This document shows, piece by piece, positions 21,136-32,349 of a DNA stretch of 64,000 nt (the stretch's first letter is position 1; every line of letters begins with the position of its first letter). The notes under the pieces were generated by a model. That model saw only the letters and a list, made by a program, of their open reading frames with translations. It did not search any database and was not told the DNA's origin. The translations under genes and the position numbers were made by a program. The stretch is from a virus. The stretch lies in the IMG/VR virus record IMGVR_UViG_3300008516_000159. One strand, given 5' to 3'.

Positions 21136-22110
21136 TTAATCTTCTTTCTCATTCAAGCTCTTTTTGAGAGTACGGATGAGATACTCATTAGCCCAGTTGA
21201 AATCAGGCTTTTTTCGGATTTCGGTTTGAGCGTAAGCCAGTTCAACTTCTTTGTTGTATTCGTCATACATCCGCATAAGTTCGTCAAATGAAACCTCTTT
21301 GTTGCGGATACGGATAATGTCTTCACGAGCCTTGCCTACAATTGGAAAGTCAATTCGGCCTTTCTCAAGTAGCTGACGACCTTCATTGAGCAGGCGAATT
21401 AGATGATAAGCAAACTTAACATCGTAACTGTCGCGACCTTCACCGGTGAAGCCCAGCTCTTTGACTCTCCAACCATACATCCCATATTCACTCTTAATCC
21501 TGTTATATATATGCTCCAGAGGCATGCCCTTGTGAAAGTGCTCCGTATTGCCCTTTTCGCCTTTGTAGAACTTGAGAATATGATTAAGTTCTGAGGCTTC
21601 GAGTTCGGTAATCGGACGATCTTCAACAATCTCTTTCAGATATTTCAGACCAACACCAAGAGAACGAAACCTCTCGCGTTTCACAACCAGATGTTTGCGC
21701 TGGGAATAAGCATACCCAGTAAAAGTGTGGAACACACGGGTGCTGATAATCTTATCATAGTTGTCCATGATTTCCTTGAACTCAGGTTCAAGAAGCAGGA
21801 TGTCCTCGGGTTTAGCGAAAAGCACCTCAACTATATTGGGGTTATTCTGCATCACCAACTTGAGAAACTTTTTGATATTATAAGCTTTGTCATCAACGTC
21901 GCTCTTGACGTTCCGATGTTGAGCACTGGATTTTTTAGTAGATCTGTCGATTTCATCGACGTTCTTGAGGCCAAGGATATACTCCTCATCGGGAATGAAA
22001 ACACCCAGATAGTCTTCATCGGATTCAGGAGTATTGAGACCGTAGAGGTGCGAACCTATTCTGGAACGGAATATGTACTTGTGAACTTTTACTTGATGTT
22101 CTTGAGGCAT
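21136..22110 (-). CDS. Pol-beta-superfamily nucleotidyltransferase (RlaP/YcgL-like)
   Basis: GSHLYGLNTPESDEDYLGVF, NPNIVEVLF, YDVKFAYHLIRLL. Confidence 0.85.
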   Translation of the reverse strand: MPQEHQVKVHKYIFRSRIGSHLYGLNTPESDEDYLGVFIPDEEYILGLKNVDEIDRSTKKSSAQHRNVKSDVDDKAYNIKKFLKLVMQNNPNIVEVLFAKPEDILLLEPEFKEIMDNYDKIISTRVFHTFTGYAYSQRKHLVVKRERFRSLGVGLKYLKEIVEDRPITELEASELNHILKFYKGEKGNTEHFHKGMPLEHIYNRIKSEYGMYGWRVKELGFTGEGRDSYDVKFAYHLIRLLNEGRQLLEKGRIDFPIVGKAREDIIRIRNKEVSFDELMRMYDEYNKEVELAYAQTEIRKKPDFNWANEYLIRTLKKSLNEKED

Positions 22111-22582
22111 TTTAAACTCCTGAATAAATTATAACGCCTTTTCTCGTTGTTGTAAACCCATATCGGCAGCCTTTTTTGATACTTTATTGCGCGCGACAAG
22201 CGCTATAACATACACGGGCAGATAAGCAAAAATAAGCAACCACCATTTATTGGCAGGATAATCTTTTATAATGTGAAGTATAGAACAAGCAATCATGGGT
22301 ATGGCATAGGCGCACACAGAAACTAACGCAATCTTGGTTAATTTCTTCTCAATATTTCTGTAATATATCTCTAATTTGCGCAATGGCAGCATGACCGGAT
22401 CAGCAAGAGCGAGACTCTCTTTGTGTGCTGCGCAAGTAACTCTGTGTGGCTTTTTCCATCTTTTTGTGTCTATGCATGGCTTTCTGTTAAGAACGAATGA
22501 GCAACTCCGGCATGATTTTTCTTGTAGCAGCTTTTTGGCTATTTTTGTTTTTTTTGAGGTTCTTGCGATGTTCATAATGTAT

Positions 22583-22610
22583 AAAAAATGCCCAGGCAAA
22601 AGCCTGGGCA
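22583..22610 (-). terminator. intrinsic terminator after the SSB gene
   Basis: TGCCCAGGC-TTTT-GCCTGGGCA followed by TTTTTT on the minus strand. Confidence 0.85.
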
Positions 22611-22632
22611 CTAGTCCATAGAGAAAATCTTA

Positions 22633-23490
22633 TTATTCGTCTTCGAGTTCAAGCATTAGTTTTTTTTCAAATTCATCTATGTTATCAGAATCGTCTTCGG
22701 TCTCCATTGTTGGAGTAGGCTCTGCTTCTTCTTTCTTCTTTTTTGGTTTTGTTTGAGGTTTCTTTGTGTCTGATTTTTCTTTAACAACGGGCTTCTTTTC
22801 AGAAACAGCCTCTGTTGCTTTATTGTCTTCGCCGTAATACTCTTCGAGGAATTGCTCCAGAGCTTCTTTCATAACATCAGGTTCTTTGAAACTTACAAGA
22901 GTATCCAAATCTTTCACATTAGAAAGGATCTCAGCAATCTCCTCGTTATCATCAGACAGCGCGGATGGGTTTTTCATTGGACGAGAATCATCGTAATTAG
23001 GATAATCGCCTTGTTTCTTTCTTATGAGTTTGAAATCATATCCTTTTTCAACATCATCCAGCGCACCGTATTCTTCATCGAAGTAGTAAGAAAGAACTTT
23101 TTCCCATACCTTTGGACCTGTTATATACTGCTTAACTTCTGTTGGATCTTCTGCTTTGCGATCAACAATGTTATATATATACTTTTTGTTGACTTTGATC
23201 TTTCTGGCTATTTCAGTATCCAACTCGGTGTCTGCTGCGTAACGCCTTTTGGTTTCTTCGCAGATAGGACACCTCTTGCCTTCCGTCAAACGAGGACACC
23301 AGAAAAAGTTGTCTTCACCAAACCTGTGACTTCCTGTTTCCTTGTAGAATACCTCTTTCCCTTCCATTGGCGGTAAAATACGAATGATGTTTTCTTCCTC
23401 TGGGGGATACCAGAATGAGCTTGAGAAGCCGCGATTCTTGTGCTTATCGTACATTTCGCGAAGCTTATCAAGATTTGTGTGTCTTGCCAT
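22633..23490 (-). CDS. T4 gp32-like single-stranded DNA-binding protein
   Basis: FWYP...IRILPP, C..L.....CPICE zinc site, KKYIYNIV, GYDFKL, YPNYDDS, acidic C-terminal tail. Confidence 0.85.
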   Translation of the reverse strand: MARHTNLDKLREMYDKHKNRGFSSSFWYPPEEENIIRILPPMEGKEVFYKETGSHRFGEDNFFWCPRLTEGKRCPICEETKRRYAADTELDTEIARKIKVNKKYIYNIVDRKAEDPTEVKQYITGPKVWEKVLSYYFDEEYGALDDVEKGYDFKLIRKKQGDYPNYDDSRPMKNPSALSDDNEEIAEILSNVKDLDTLVSFKEPDVMKEALEQFLEEYYGEDNKATEAVSEKKPVVKEKSDTKKPQTKPKKKKEEAEPTPTMETEDDSDNIDEFEKKLMLELEDE

Positions 23491-23522
23491 TTTCTTTATT
23501 CTCCCTCGGACTTGGTTTCTTC

Positions 23523-23530
23523 TATATATG
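23523..23530 (-). promoter_or_regulatory. CATATATA putative promoter upstream of SSB
   Basis: Recurrent motif, 33 nt before the ATG. Confidence 0.55.
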
Positions 23531-24168
23531 CCTCATCGGGTTTCTTTTTACGATAGGCGTTCCGGAAGTTGCTCACTGCCGACATGATTCTCTTATCCTC
23601 TGAAGGTTTTTTCAGAACAGGCTCGGCTTTGGCTCTTTCCTCTGTTTTCTTTTTTAAAAACGGAAGTTTCATTTTTTCCTCTCTTGAATATTCTGTTGAT
23701 TTTTTATCAATAAACCGTTTTACTGTAATAAACGGAAGTCCATCGAATAACGCTTCAATAGCGTTTAATTTTATTCTATTTATTGTCTTCATGGACCTCA
23801 AGTACTCCGTCTCTCATCAATCTCTTCATTTCGTGGGTAAACCCATCGACGTCGATTGTTTCACCGGATTTGATTACGTGATTCTTACCCTTAAACCGCA
23901 GAGTAAGTGTGTTTTTGGTGTTGTTAATGAGCGTTATTTTTTCATACTCAAGCAGCGTTTTAGCCACTTTGGTTAGGATCTTCCTTTTGGCCATTCCTTA
24001 GAATCTCCTTGGCTAATAACATTTTCTTCTGGCTCTCTGTTAGCGGGTTGCCGCCCATACTAATAAATACCGGTTTACCATCTGGTCCATGGAACCAACT
24101 AAAAGGAACTTCAATCTGTCTAGCTGTATTCTCCACAATCTTCACCACTCTCTCCTAGAATGTCATTA

Positions 24169-24501
24169 TTATATATGCTTCTTCCACCCCTTTATCAGTT
24201 GATGAAATGGTGCCCATGTTGCCTCGGGTAATATGTCTTTTATCGCCCTCGCTCCTACCGGATTTATCGAATGAACCACTATTTGAGCGTGAATGTCTTT
24301 CTCCGCTATAACCTTGGCCAGTTCACACCCTGTTACTGGTGTGCCCAAATCGTGATCTATAAAAATGATATCGTATTCGTGCTCATCCAACGAAGCAATA
24401 GCCTTCTTTGCGCTGTAGTATATGTGCAGCTCATGACCAGGTAGATACTCTTTGAATGCTTCTTGTCTCTGAGGTGAATCTTCTAATATGAGCACTCTCA
24501 T
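24169..24501 (-). CDS. stand-alone receiver domain, cyclic-phosphate-processing (cREC-like) type
   Basis: VLILED, IFIDHDLG, TG.ELA, VVHSINPVG. Confidence 0.75.
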   Translation of the reverse strand: MRVLILEDSPQRQEAFKEYLPGHELHIYYSAKKAIASLDEHEYDIIFIDHDLGTPVTGCELAKVIAEKDIHAQIVVHSINPVGARAIKDILPEATWAPFHQLIKGWKKHI

Positions 24502-25359
24502 GGTTTCACTCGTGTAACAGTATTTTAGCTTTGTCTTTCTTTCTTTTTGCTCTATGTAGCTCTATTTCGCGCTTGATTTTCTCACGCCAATTCGGTATAA
24601 ACTCATCACACAACGCGTCGACTATTTCCTGTCTTTTGTTTCTGAGCAAATCCAGACAATCACGACAGGCCACGGTACTCTGTGACGAAAAATCGCGATT
24701 TTCGTGGTGTTGCTGGAAAGACTCAAAGACGCTTTGGATTATGTCATCCACGAAGTTTTGTTTATCTTTTTTTCCCAAAAAGCTTTCTGTGGCGGCTTCC
24801 AATTGGTCTATATAATCAGGACTTAATCTGTCTCCGCAAAAATCACAGTAGTATCTAATCATTCCCGGGCCTCAGCAATAATTTCGCATAATATTTTTTA
24901 TACTTCTCTTTAGTGACTTTCCGGTAACCGCGGCCATTGAGCGTCTTTTTTAGATATATATCATGCACATCTCTCGCGAAAGTGCTATGTTTATCAACGC
25001 CTTGAACAAACCACCATGCGGCTTCCTGGGCCGAATCTGAACATTCCCAGTAATCTGTTATGTTAACAAGTGTGTCTTTGTGGATCCAAATAGAATCCAG
25101 TTGTATGTTATTCACCGCCGCTACCAATCCAACACCAGCTTGATTTTAGCCAGTTCTTTTTTCTCCGGTTTTTTACATTTTACTAGTATCCGTTTCATGC
25201 TCCAGGGAGAAATACCGTTTATCGTGCGAGATCGATAGGGATACCTTGAGTTGGTTAGATTATTTCTGCACGCTACATATACATTCCAAAGATCTAAATC
25301 GTCGGATTCTATTTTCAAGACCGCCCCTCCGTCAACGAATATGTCTCCATCGATCAGTT

Positions 25360-27468
25360 TCATATCTCAGGCACCATTATTTTGTTTATAATGAGATCAC
25401 CATCCCGCATCTTGCCCATTTTGAAAACCAAAACTTTATTTTTGATCAGGTTACGAGCACTTTCGTTAAATTGATGCGCAAACAACGGATAACGCCTTAC
25501 TCCGTTCTCATCCCTAATCGATACAAAAGCCATCATGTTGCCGTTTCTATCGCGCTTTCTTGTTACATCAGTTATAATGCCGATCAAAGCCCTACTATCA
25601 AGCATGCTTTTCAGCTGTGCTATCTCATCGGCCTTTTCTTCATACAGTATCATTGATATATCCAATGTCAATAAGTCCTGTAATAACTCCAGCTTTTCCT
25701 GCTTGTTCCAATCTGTTCCTTCCCTGGTCTTGATGAACTGTTCAAATGGAACTTTTGCGCCCTTCTTGCGCCACTCATCATAGTTAGTATACAGCGTCCT
25801 GCGATTGCCGTAAAGCTTATCAAAAGCGCCCGCTTGTATCAAGCTGTCAAGAACCCTCTTGTTTACTTTCGTGCCGGTTTTGTGCTCCTTCAATTTGGTG
25901 AAAAAGTCAGTAATACTCTCATGAGGCGCGTGCTCGGAAATCCATTTAGCGGGAACCACGCCGCAGTTCTTGACATGGCTCAATCCATAAATGACGGTCT
26001 TGTCGTCTATAATGCTAAAGTGCGTTTTACTTTTGTTTACGTCCGGATATAATACTTCTATACCAAGCTGCTTACATTCAGCAGTCAGCCTATCCACAGG
26101 GGTTTTGTCAGAGTTCAACGAGGCGCACATAAACTCAACAGGATAATGGACCTTGAGCCACGCGGTGTAATACGCAATGGTCGCATACGATAAAGAGTGG
26201 CTGCGGTTGAACTGGTAACCGGTCTGTTTGATAAGATATTCCCACAGCAGCCTCGTCTCTTTCTGATTTCTGTTTTTCTTTTGACAGCCCTCGAAGAACT
26301 CCTGCTCCCACTTCTTTTTACCCTTGGTGTCATTCTTGAACTTGGAGTGCCATTTTTCCATATAGCGCCTGAGTGAGTCCGCGCGGCCCAAACTAATTCC
26401 GGATGCCATGTGCGCAATGTTGATGGTTTGTTCCTGGAACACCAATAGACCCAAAGTAGGTTTTAATACCTCTTCTAGAACAGGATGCGCATACTTGATC
26501 TCCTCTTCGCCGTGTCTGCGTTTGATGTAGTTGTTTATAATAGGAATAGAACCTGGCCTGAATAAAGCATTCATGATTACAATATCCTCAAATATTTTAG
26601 GTTTCAGCTTTTGTAAATAACCTTTCATCGATGGACTTTCAAACTGAAACACAGAGGTGGTCAGGCCTTTGCCAAATAATTTATAAACATCTGGAACCTC
26701 GAAGTTTATATTATGTATGTCTATTTCTTTTCCATGCCTCTCCTTTATAAAGTCCAGCGTATCATGAATAATTTTGAGAGTAGACAGTCCGAGTATGTCA
26801 AGCTTCAACAGTTTCATTTCTGCTATTGACTCACCATCAAACTCAGTCAAAAGCATGTCATCATCCCTGTTGTACTGACATGGAATATATTTTTGGACAG
26901 CCTTGTCCGCTATGATGATGGCGGCTGCGTGTTTGCCATAGTTACGCATCTGTCCTAACAGTTTCTCAGCAAACTTGAAGATTTCAGGATACTGGTGATA
27001 AGCGCTGCTTTCGTTCCAGTTAGTTTCGTCTATGTTCTTGGATATAGCAATAGCTTTCTGGGCGGGTATACCATGTATTCTCGCGGAATCCTGAAAAGCT
27101 GACTTGATGGAATAAGTAATGACGTTACACACCTGAGCGACGTTCGTCTGACCAAATCTTCGCTTGATGTAATCAATGACATCACCTCTGCGGGCATCTT
27201 CAAAATCAATGTCTATATCAGGAGCTTTGCCAGATATCGTCAATTTTTCAGGTTCGTCATTTATGGGATCATGATGAATGTATCCCAACAAATACCAAAT
27301 CAGGATATTGGGATGCGGGTCGGTTCCGTTATCAACATCTTTCAAAAGGTTGGTGTGAGTTATGATCTCATATTTCTTGAACTCTTTTAGTTCATAATCC
27401 AATCGCTGGCGATGCTTCTCGTCGTTTATGCCTTTTTCTTTCAACAGGCGGTATAGTTTTTCTTTCAT
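25360..27468 (-). CDS. dnaE: DNA polymerase III alpha, C-terminal part (catalytic palm, fingers, HhH, OB)
   Basis: APDIDIDF, GKHAAAIII, KLDILGL, VFQFES, GYQFNRSH, OB fold. No PHP domain and no GRGS. Confidence 0.95.
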   Translation of the reverse strand: MKEKLYRLLKEKGINDEKHRQRLDYELKEFKKYEIITHTNLLKDVDNGTDPHPNILIWYLLGYIHHDPINDEPEKLTISGKAPDIDIDFEDARRGDVIDYIKRRFGQTNVAQVCNVITYSIKSAFQDSARIHGIPAQKAIAISKNIDETNWNESSAYHQYPEIFKFAEKLLGQMRNYGKHAAAIIIADKAVQKYIPCQYNRDDDMLLTEFDGESIAEMKLLKLDILGLSTLKIIHDTLDFIKERHGKEIDIHNINFEVPDVYKLFGKGLTTSVFQFESPSMKGYLQKLKPKIFEDIVIMNALFRPGSIPIINNYIKRRHGEEEIKYAHPVLEEVLKPTLGLLVFQEQTINIAHMASGISLGRADSLRRYMEKWHSKFKNDTKGKKKWEQEFFEGCQKKNRNQKETRLLWEYLIKQTGYQFNRSHSLSYATIAYYTAWLKVHYPVEFMCASLNSDKTPVDRLTAECKQLGIEVLYPDVNKSKTHFSIIDDKTVIYGLSHVKNCGVVPAKWISEHAPHESITDFFTKLKEHKTGTKVNKRVLDSLIQAGAFDKLYGNRRTLYTNYDEWRKKGAKVPFEQFIKTREGTDWNKQEKLELLQDLLTLDISMILYEEKADEIAQLKSMLDSRALIGIITDVTRKRDRNGNMMAFVSIRDENGVRRYPLFAHQFNESARNLIKNKVLVFKMGKMRDGDLIINKIMVPEI

Positions 27469-27483
27469 ATTGTTATGTATGTC

Positions 27484-29490
27484 TTATGATTTAGTAACGT
27501 CATGTAATACCTTTGCGAGAGTCTCGAGCGTAAACGGTTTCTGTATAACATCCTTGAAACCATAATCTTTGTAGTTGCTCATAGCATTGGATGTAGAATA
27601 GCCGCTTGAAACAATAGCCTTGACCTGCTTGTCTATTTCCAGGAGCCTCTTTATGGTCTCAATACCATCCATACCCCCAGGCATAGTAAGATCTATAACA
27701 ACGGCATCAAAGTGCTTATCTATCATGGAACCCTTGTAGGTCTCTAATGCCGCCTCACCGCACGACACCACGGTAACAGTGTAGCCCAAGTCTTCTATTA
27801 GATCCTTGGCTATCTCTCTAACCGGCGCCTGATCATCTACAAAGAGCACGTTGCCTCGGCCATTTAGGTGTGCATCCAAATCTTCTTCTTTTATTTCTTC
27901 TAAAGTCGTGGGTAAATACAAAAAGAATGTGGAGCCTTTGCCTAACTCGGAATCAACCCACACGCAGCCTTCGTGATTTTTGATAACAGAATAGGCGGTG
28001 GCCAATCCAAGCCCGCTTCCTGCGTGTTTAGTTGTGAAATAGGGATCAAATATTTTGTTGAGGTGTTCCTTTGGTATGCCTATGCCTTTGTCAGCAATCG
28101 TAACTTCCAAATATGCACCCGGCTTTAGATGAGCATCGCAAGGTACGCCCATGGGCGCCTTCACCTCTCTCGCCGCTAATTTTATGACGCCGCCTGTGGG
28201 CATGGATTGCATAGCGTTTATCAATATGTTTTGTATAACCTGAGATATTTGACCAGGATCAATGTGAGCGTTAGGTATGTCTTCTGGTATGTTGTATTCT
28301 ATTTTAGAGTTACAACCACTAGTGGTAAAAGTGGTTGTCTCCATTATAATTTCCTTTATGGATACTGTTCGACGAACTGGCAGACCTCCACTGGAGAATG
28401 TCAACAACTGCTGCGTCAGACTTTTAGCGCGCTTGCAGGCCTTTAGTGCCTGTACAAGTCTGTTTATTACTTCATTTTCCAGTTTTAGATCTGGCTCGTC
28501 GAGAACCTGGTCAGATTTTACATGTCTGCGGCTATGCATCAAAGCCAGTTCGACATTGCCACTGATAGCCGTCAGTATGTTATTGAAATCATGGGCAATA
28601 CCACCGGCCATTACGCCAACTGCTTCCAGTTTTTGGGATTTAGATAACTCCAACTCGGTCTTTCTCTGGAGTGTAATATCTCTAAACACCGCGACAGCAC
28701 CGACAATATCGCCTTCTTTATTTTTGATTGGCGCTGCTGTATTATCGATAAGCCGGCTTTTGCCTCGTTTAGATATAAGAACTACATCTTTTTTAAGTTC
28801 AATAATCTTACCTGTCTCTAGAGCCTTTTGTAACGGGTTAGGGGCCATTGCGTTGGTCTTTTCATCAAACAAATGAATGATGGCATCAAAAGGCTTTCCT
28901 ATCACTTCCTTCTGTTTCCAACCAAGTATGTGTTCCGCCATGCGGTTTAGTATAGTTATTTCGCCTTTGGCACCTACAGCGACAACACCATCGCTGATGC
29001 TCTTCAATGCAATATTTAATCGTTCGGTTTCTTCGGCCAAGGCTCGCTGCGCCTTTACCCTTTCGGTAATGTTGCGATGCTGCACTATAGCATTGACAAC
29101 TTTGTTCTTAATTATAATAGGCGTGATAGTTACATCTAACGCGAGGGCGCTGTGCATCGTAAGGTGTGCGTGTTTTATCTCTGCAGGAGTATAATCTAAC
29201 ATAAAATGCACAGGTTGTTTTTCATAGAAAACCTTATCTATGAGAGGAATCAAATTCTCTTTGTGAAACTCTTCATCCTTGAATAGATTATATACTCCAA
29301 CTACTTGTTCATCCGTGATATCAAACAGATCGCGGTTGACCTGGTTCTGCATAATCATTGTGCCCTTTTCGTCCGACAACCACATACTGTTTGGGCTGTT
29401 TTGTATGATTTTGCCGCAGAACTTATTTATATCTTCTTTTGTGATTTTGTTATTAGTATTTAGTAACAGGTCGTTTTTTCTTTTTCTCAT
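27484..29490 (-). CDS. hybrid sensor histidine kinase PAS-PAS-HisKA-HATPase-REC
   Basis: GIAHDFNNIL (H-box), NILINAMQ, DKGIGI, FDPYFTTK, GSGLGL, VDDQ...IDLTMPG...KPF. Confidence 0.95.
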   Translation of the reverse strand: MRKRKNDLLLNTNNKITKEDINKFCGKIIQNSPNSMWLSDEKGTMIMQNQVNRDLFDITDEQVVGVYNLFKDEEFHKENLIPLIDKVFYEKQPVHFMLDYTPAEIKHAHLTMHSALALDVTITPIIIKNKVVNAIVQHRNITERVKAQRALAEETERLNIALKSISDGVVAVGAKGEITILNRMAEHILGWKQKEVIGKPFDAIIHLFDEKTNAMAPNPLQKALETGKIIELKKDVVLISKRGKSRLIDNTAAPIKNKEGDIVGAVAVFRDITLQRKTELELSKSQKLEAVGVMAGGIAHDFNNILTAISGNVELALMHSRRHVKSDQVLDEPDLKLENEVINRLVQALKACKRAKSLTQQLLTFSSGGLPVRRTVSIKEIIMETTTFTTSGCNSKIEYNIPEDIPNAHIDPGQISQVIQNILINAMQSMPTGGVIKLAAREVKAPMGVPCDAHLKPGAYLEVTIADKGIGIPKEHLNKIFDPYFTTKHAGSGLGLATAYSVIKNHEGCVWVDSELGKGSTFFLYLPTTLEEIKEEDLDAHLNGRGNVLFVDDQAPVREIAKDLIEDLGYTVTVVSCGEAALETYKGSMIDKHFDAVVIDLTMPGGMDGIETIKRLLEIDKQVKAIVSSGYSTSNAMSNYKDYGFKDVIQKPFTLETLAKVLHDVTKS

Positions 29491-29984
29491 GATATTTCAG
29501 AACACGGCACACCATTCTCCATTAGAAATGTTGAGCCGCTTATATCTCTGTCATACGGCTTGTTGAAATATACTTCTTTCACCCCAGCTTGTAATATTAG
29601 TTTTGAGCATGGCATGCATGGGGAATAAGAAATATACAGAACAGAACCTTGAGTTCGCACGCCGTTTTTGGCGGCATATATTAGAGCGTTTGCTTCGGCA
29701 TGAAGCTCGTTCCGTTCGGAAAATATTCTATGTTCTTCTCTGAACAATTCGGAGTTTAGATAATCTTCGAAGGATTTGAATTCATCATAATAATTTAATT
29801 TGTAAACTAGCTTAAAATGTTCTTCGCAATGCTTCTGACCTTCAGGAACACCATTGTATCCCATGGATATTATACGGTTATCCCTAACCAAAAGACCACC
29901 GACTTTAATACGGGCACATGTGCTTCGACTTGCTACAATCTCGGTAATCTCTGAAAATACCTTTTTCCAATCCGGTCTGCTCAT
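29487..29984 (-). CDS. dCMP deaminase (ComEB family)
   Basis: RSTC.R.KVG, GYNG, HAEANAL, SPCMPC. Start trimmed to MSRPDW; ATGA overlap with the kinase gene. Confidence 0.95.
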   Translation of the reverse strand: MSRPDWKKVFSEITEIVASRSTCARIKVGGLLVRDNRIISMGYNGVPEGQKHCEEHFKLVYKLNYYDEFKSFEDYLNSELFREEHRIFSERNELHAEANALIYAAKNGVRTQGSVLYISYSPCMPCSKLILQAGVKEVYFNKPYDRDISGSTFLMENGVPCSEIS

Positions 29985-31962
29985 GTTATTTTCCTTTGCT
30001 TTTGGTGATTTCGACTTTAAACTTCCGACAGTATACAACCGTAAACTCAGACAGTTGTCCACATTCTTTTTTATGCCGGCATTGCCTACACTTTTTTGCT
30101 AACAGCTCATTTGGCGTTTCAGTTCGCTTTTTGCCCATCTGATAAATCCTCCGAAATCAACATCATGGTCGTGTGGAAAATGCGTATCCTCAGAATGCTC
30201 AGCCCAATCTATAGCACATTTTAAATCGTAATCACCATAATGAATGTCTTTTTTCAAACCCCAATTTTCACCATTACAGTAATCTCTATAAGCCATTAAC
30301 ATGACTCTACAAATCGCCATTTTCTGCTTCCTACACTATAACTCTTTACATTAGATATTGAATTACTCCGTCGACTTGAAATGCGCAGGAATTAATATAC
30401 GGACTGAGATAAACTGGAGCTTTATTAAAGTTACCTACCTGGTGTACGCCAATACTTGACGCAACTTTAATTGGCTCGAATTCATCGAACTCCACCATAG
30501 CCTTATAGCCCTCTAAACTAAGAATGATCCAATTCATTTTTAAAAACACCTTCGAAAGAGAATCTCCTATTACATTTCTTACAGAGACAAGAAATCGTGA
30601 GTCTATTCTGATCTACTCCTGTAAAATATGCAACTAAAGTTGTCTCCTCAGACTGTTCTATATCTTTACCATCACAATCTACATAAGCACACTCTTCTAT
30701 TCTGATCATTTACTTTCCGCCTTCTATTCAGGTTCGATTACGACTTGTTCCTCGTGCTTAAACTCAAAAGCAAAGCCACACGTTACGCATTCTGCCCTGT
30801 AACCGGCCGTGAAACAGCCATCATCGGCCAGATAGAACTCATAATCCTCACGCAATGATTCATCAAGCTTTATCGGCTCTCTTGATTCCAACAACAAGGC
30901 TTCATATGCCTCTGGTGTCAATTTTCCATAGCCAGCTCTTGCTTTTTTTGAAAGATCCTCTGCTTTACTTTCTGCCATCTTAAGACACCTTGGGCATGTT
31001 GTCCAATTATCTGCACTCATTTTTCCTCCTTTAGTTTACGTATACAACGGCGCAACCCATAAAACTCGAGTTTACATTCGCAGCAATAAAACAGGCATTT
31101 TCCTTTGCCCCATTCAACCGCGGTTACTGTGTGTCCTTGGTGCTCGCTGTATCGCGCTATATATTTATATTTCATCTTTTGTTTGTCATGTCAATCCCCA
31201 AGGCCATAAACACACCACCAAAAAAGCATCCACCTATAGACAACCAGAGGGCCAGCATCGAGTGGCCCGTTTCTATAAGAGTTGGATCTTTGAGAAAAAC
31301 CCATAATGATATAAATCCAGACCCGCCAAACACGCCACACAGTAGGCAAAGTGGCATAAATATCATTGCCCAATTAATCTTTTCCATCTCACCTTTCCTT
31401 TAGTTCACTAAAAGAAATGTGCTTTTCTTTTAATGCTTCGAGCCTTATTAAAGCTCTATCTGCCGATTTATTATTGCCTGTCCTGTAAGCTGTGCATAAA
31501 TCCTTATAGATGCTAACTTCTTTTTCGAGTCTTTGGATGCAAATGTGGTGTTCTTCTCTCTCTGATAACCACAATCCTTCTTCAGCGGTCCGTAATTCAT
31601 CGTTCTCCAACTGAAGCTTTTGAATACAAGCTTCTGCCTGCTGCAACGCTCCTTCAAGCGCTTGTGCATCTACGCCCGATAAGGGTTTCCGTTGTTTACA
31701 TGCCGCTCGTATTGTCAATTTGTTCATCTTTTTTTTACCTTCAGAGCTCTTTGGATAACGGGGTCGGGAAATCCTCGCCACGAAGAATCTTCTCCATTGT
31801 CTCGACGATGTTTACGCCAATGTGAAATAACACCTAGGTGAATAGTGTTTCTTCTTCCTTCTACAACTTTTCCACATTCCGAACATGTCCAAGTATCTCT
31901 GCACCTACTTTCTTGCAGTCCCACCTTATATTTCCTTATCTTTTTTCAAGGTCTGCTCCATC

Positions 31963-32343
31963 TTATATTTTGTGCAATTCTTCCGCGGAAGGATCGTTCT
32001 TTTCTGAATAATTTGCAAATATTATATATAGCGCGCTTGCCACTGGATGATTCAGGTGATCATCCGCTTCGTAGTATTTATCCACCATATCGATGAGCCA
32101 ATCAAAAGTTGTGTTCGGGGGAAAGATGATGTTAGATATCTCATCGGCTTCTTCTCGGGTCACATAGTCATTACCGAAAAAGAGAAAAACGGATATTTGT
32201 GCACCGGCTGCGTAACCGGCCAGATACGTTGTTTTCATTTCGAGATCCCATCGTCTCCAATCTGTGCCATCCTCCATGAATGAATCTGCAAATAATGGAC
32301 AAGCAATCAGCATTATCATCAATACAAAAATAATCTTTTTCAT
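31963..32343 (-). CDS. exported protein, Rap1a-like fold (tentative)
   Basis: Signal peptide; TYLAGYAAG...LIDMVDKYY...NHPVASAL. Confidence 0.4.
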   Translation of the reverse strand: MKKIIFVLMIMLIACPLFADSFMEDGTDWRRWDLEMKTTYLAGYAAGAQISVFLFFGNDYVTREEADEISNIIFPPNTTFDWLIDMVDKYYEADDHLNHPVASALYIIFANYSEKNDPSAEELHKI

Positions 32344-32349
32344 AGTGTT

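Noticed and set aside
24148-24166. Second amber mini-ORF (ATG ACA TTC TAG, in frame with the 23960-24148 gene)
   Set aside because: It has no SD, the TAG is simply part of the downstream TAGGAG SD, and there is no sequestering stem. Probably coincidental.
24169-24501. Cognate response regulator of the hybrid kinase
   Set aside because: The DHDLG and HSxNP motifs fit the cyclic-phosphate-processing receiver family better than canonical CheY-like regulators. It is not excluded experimentally.
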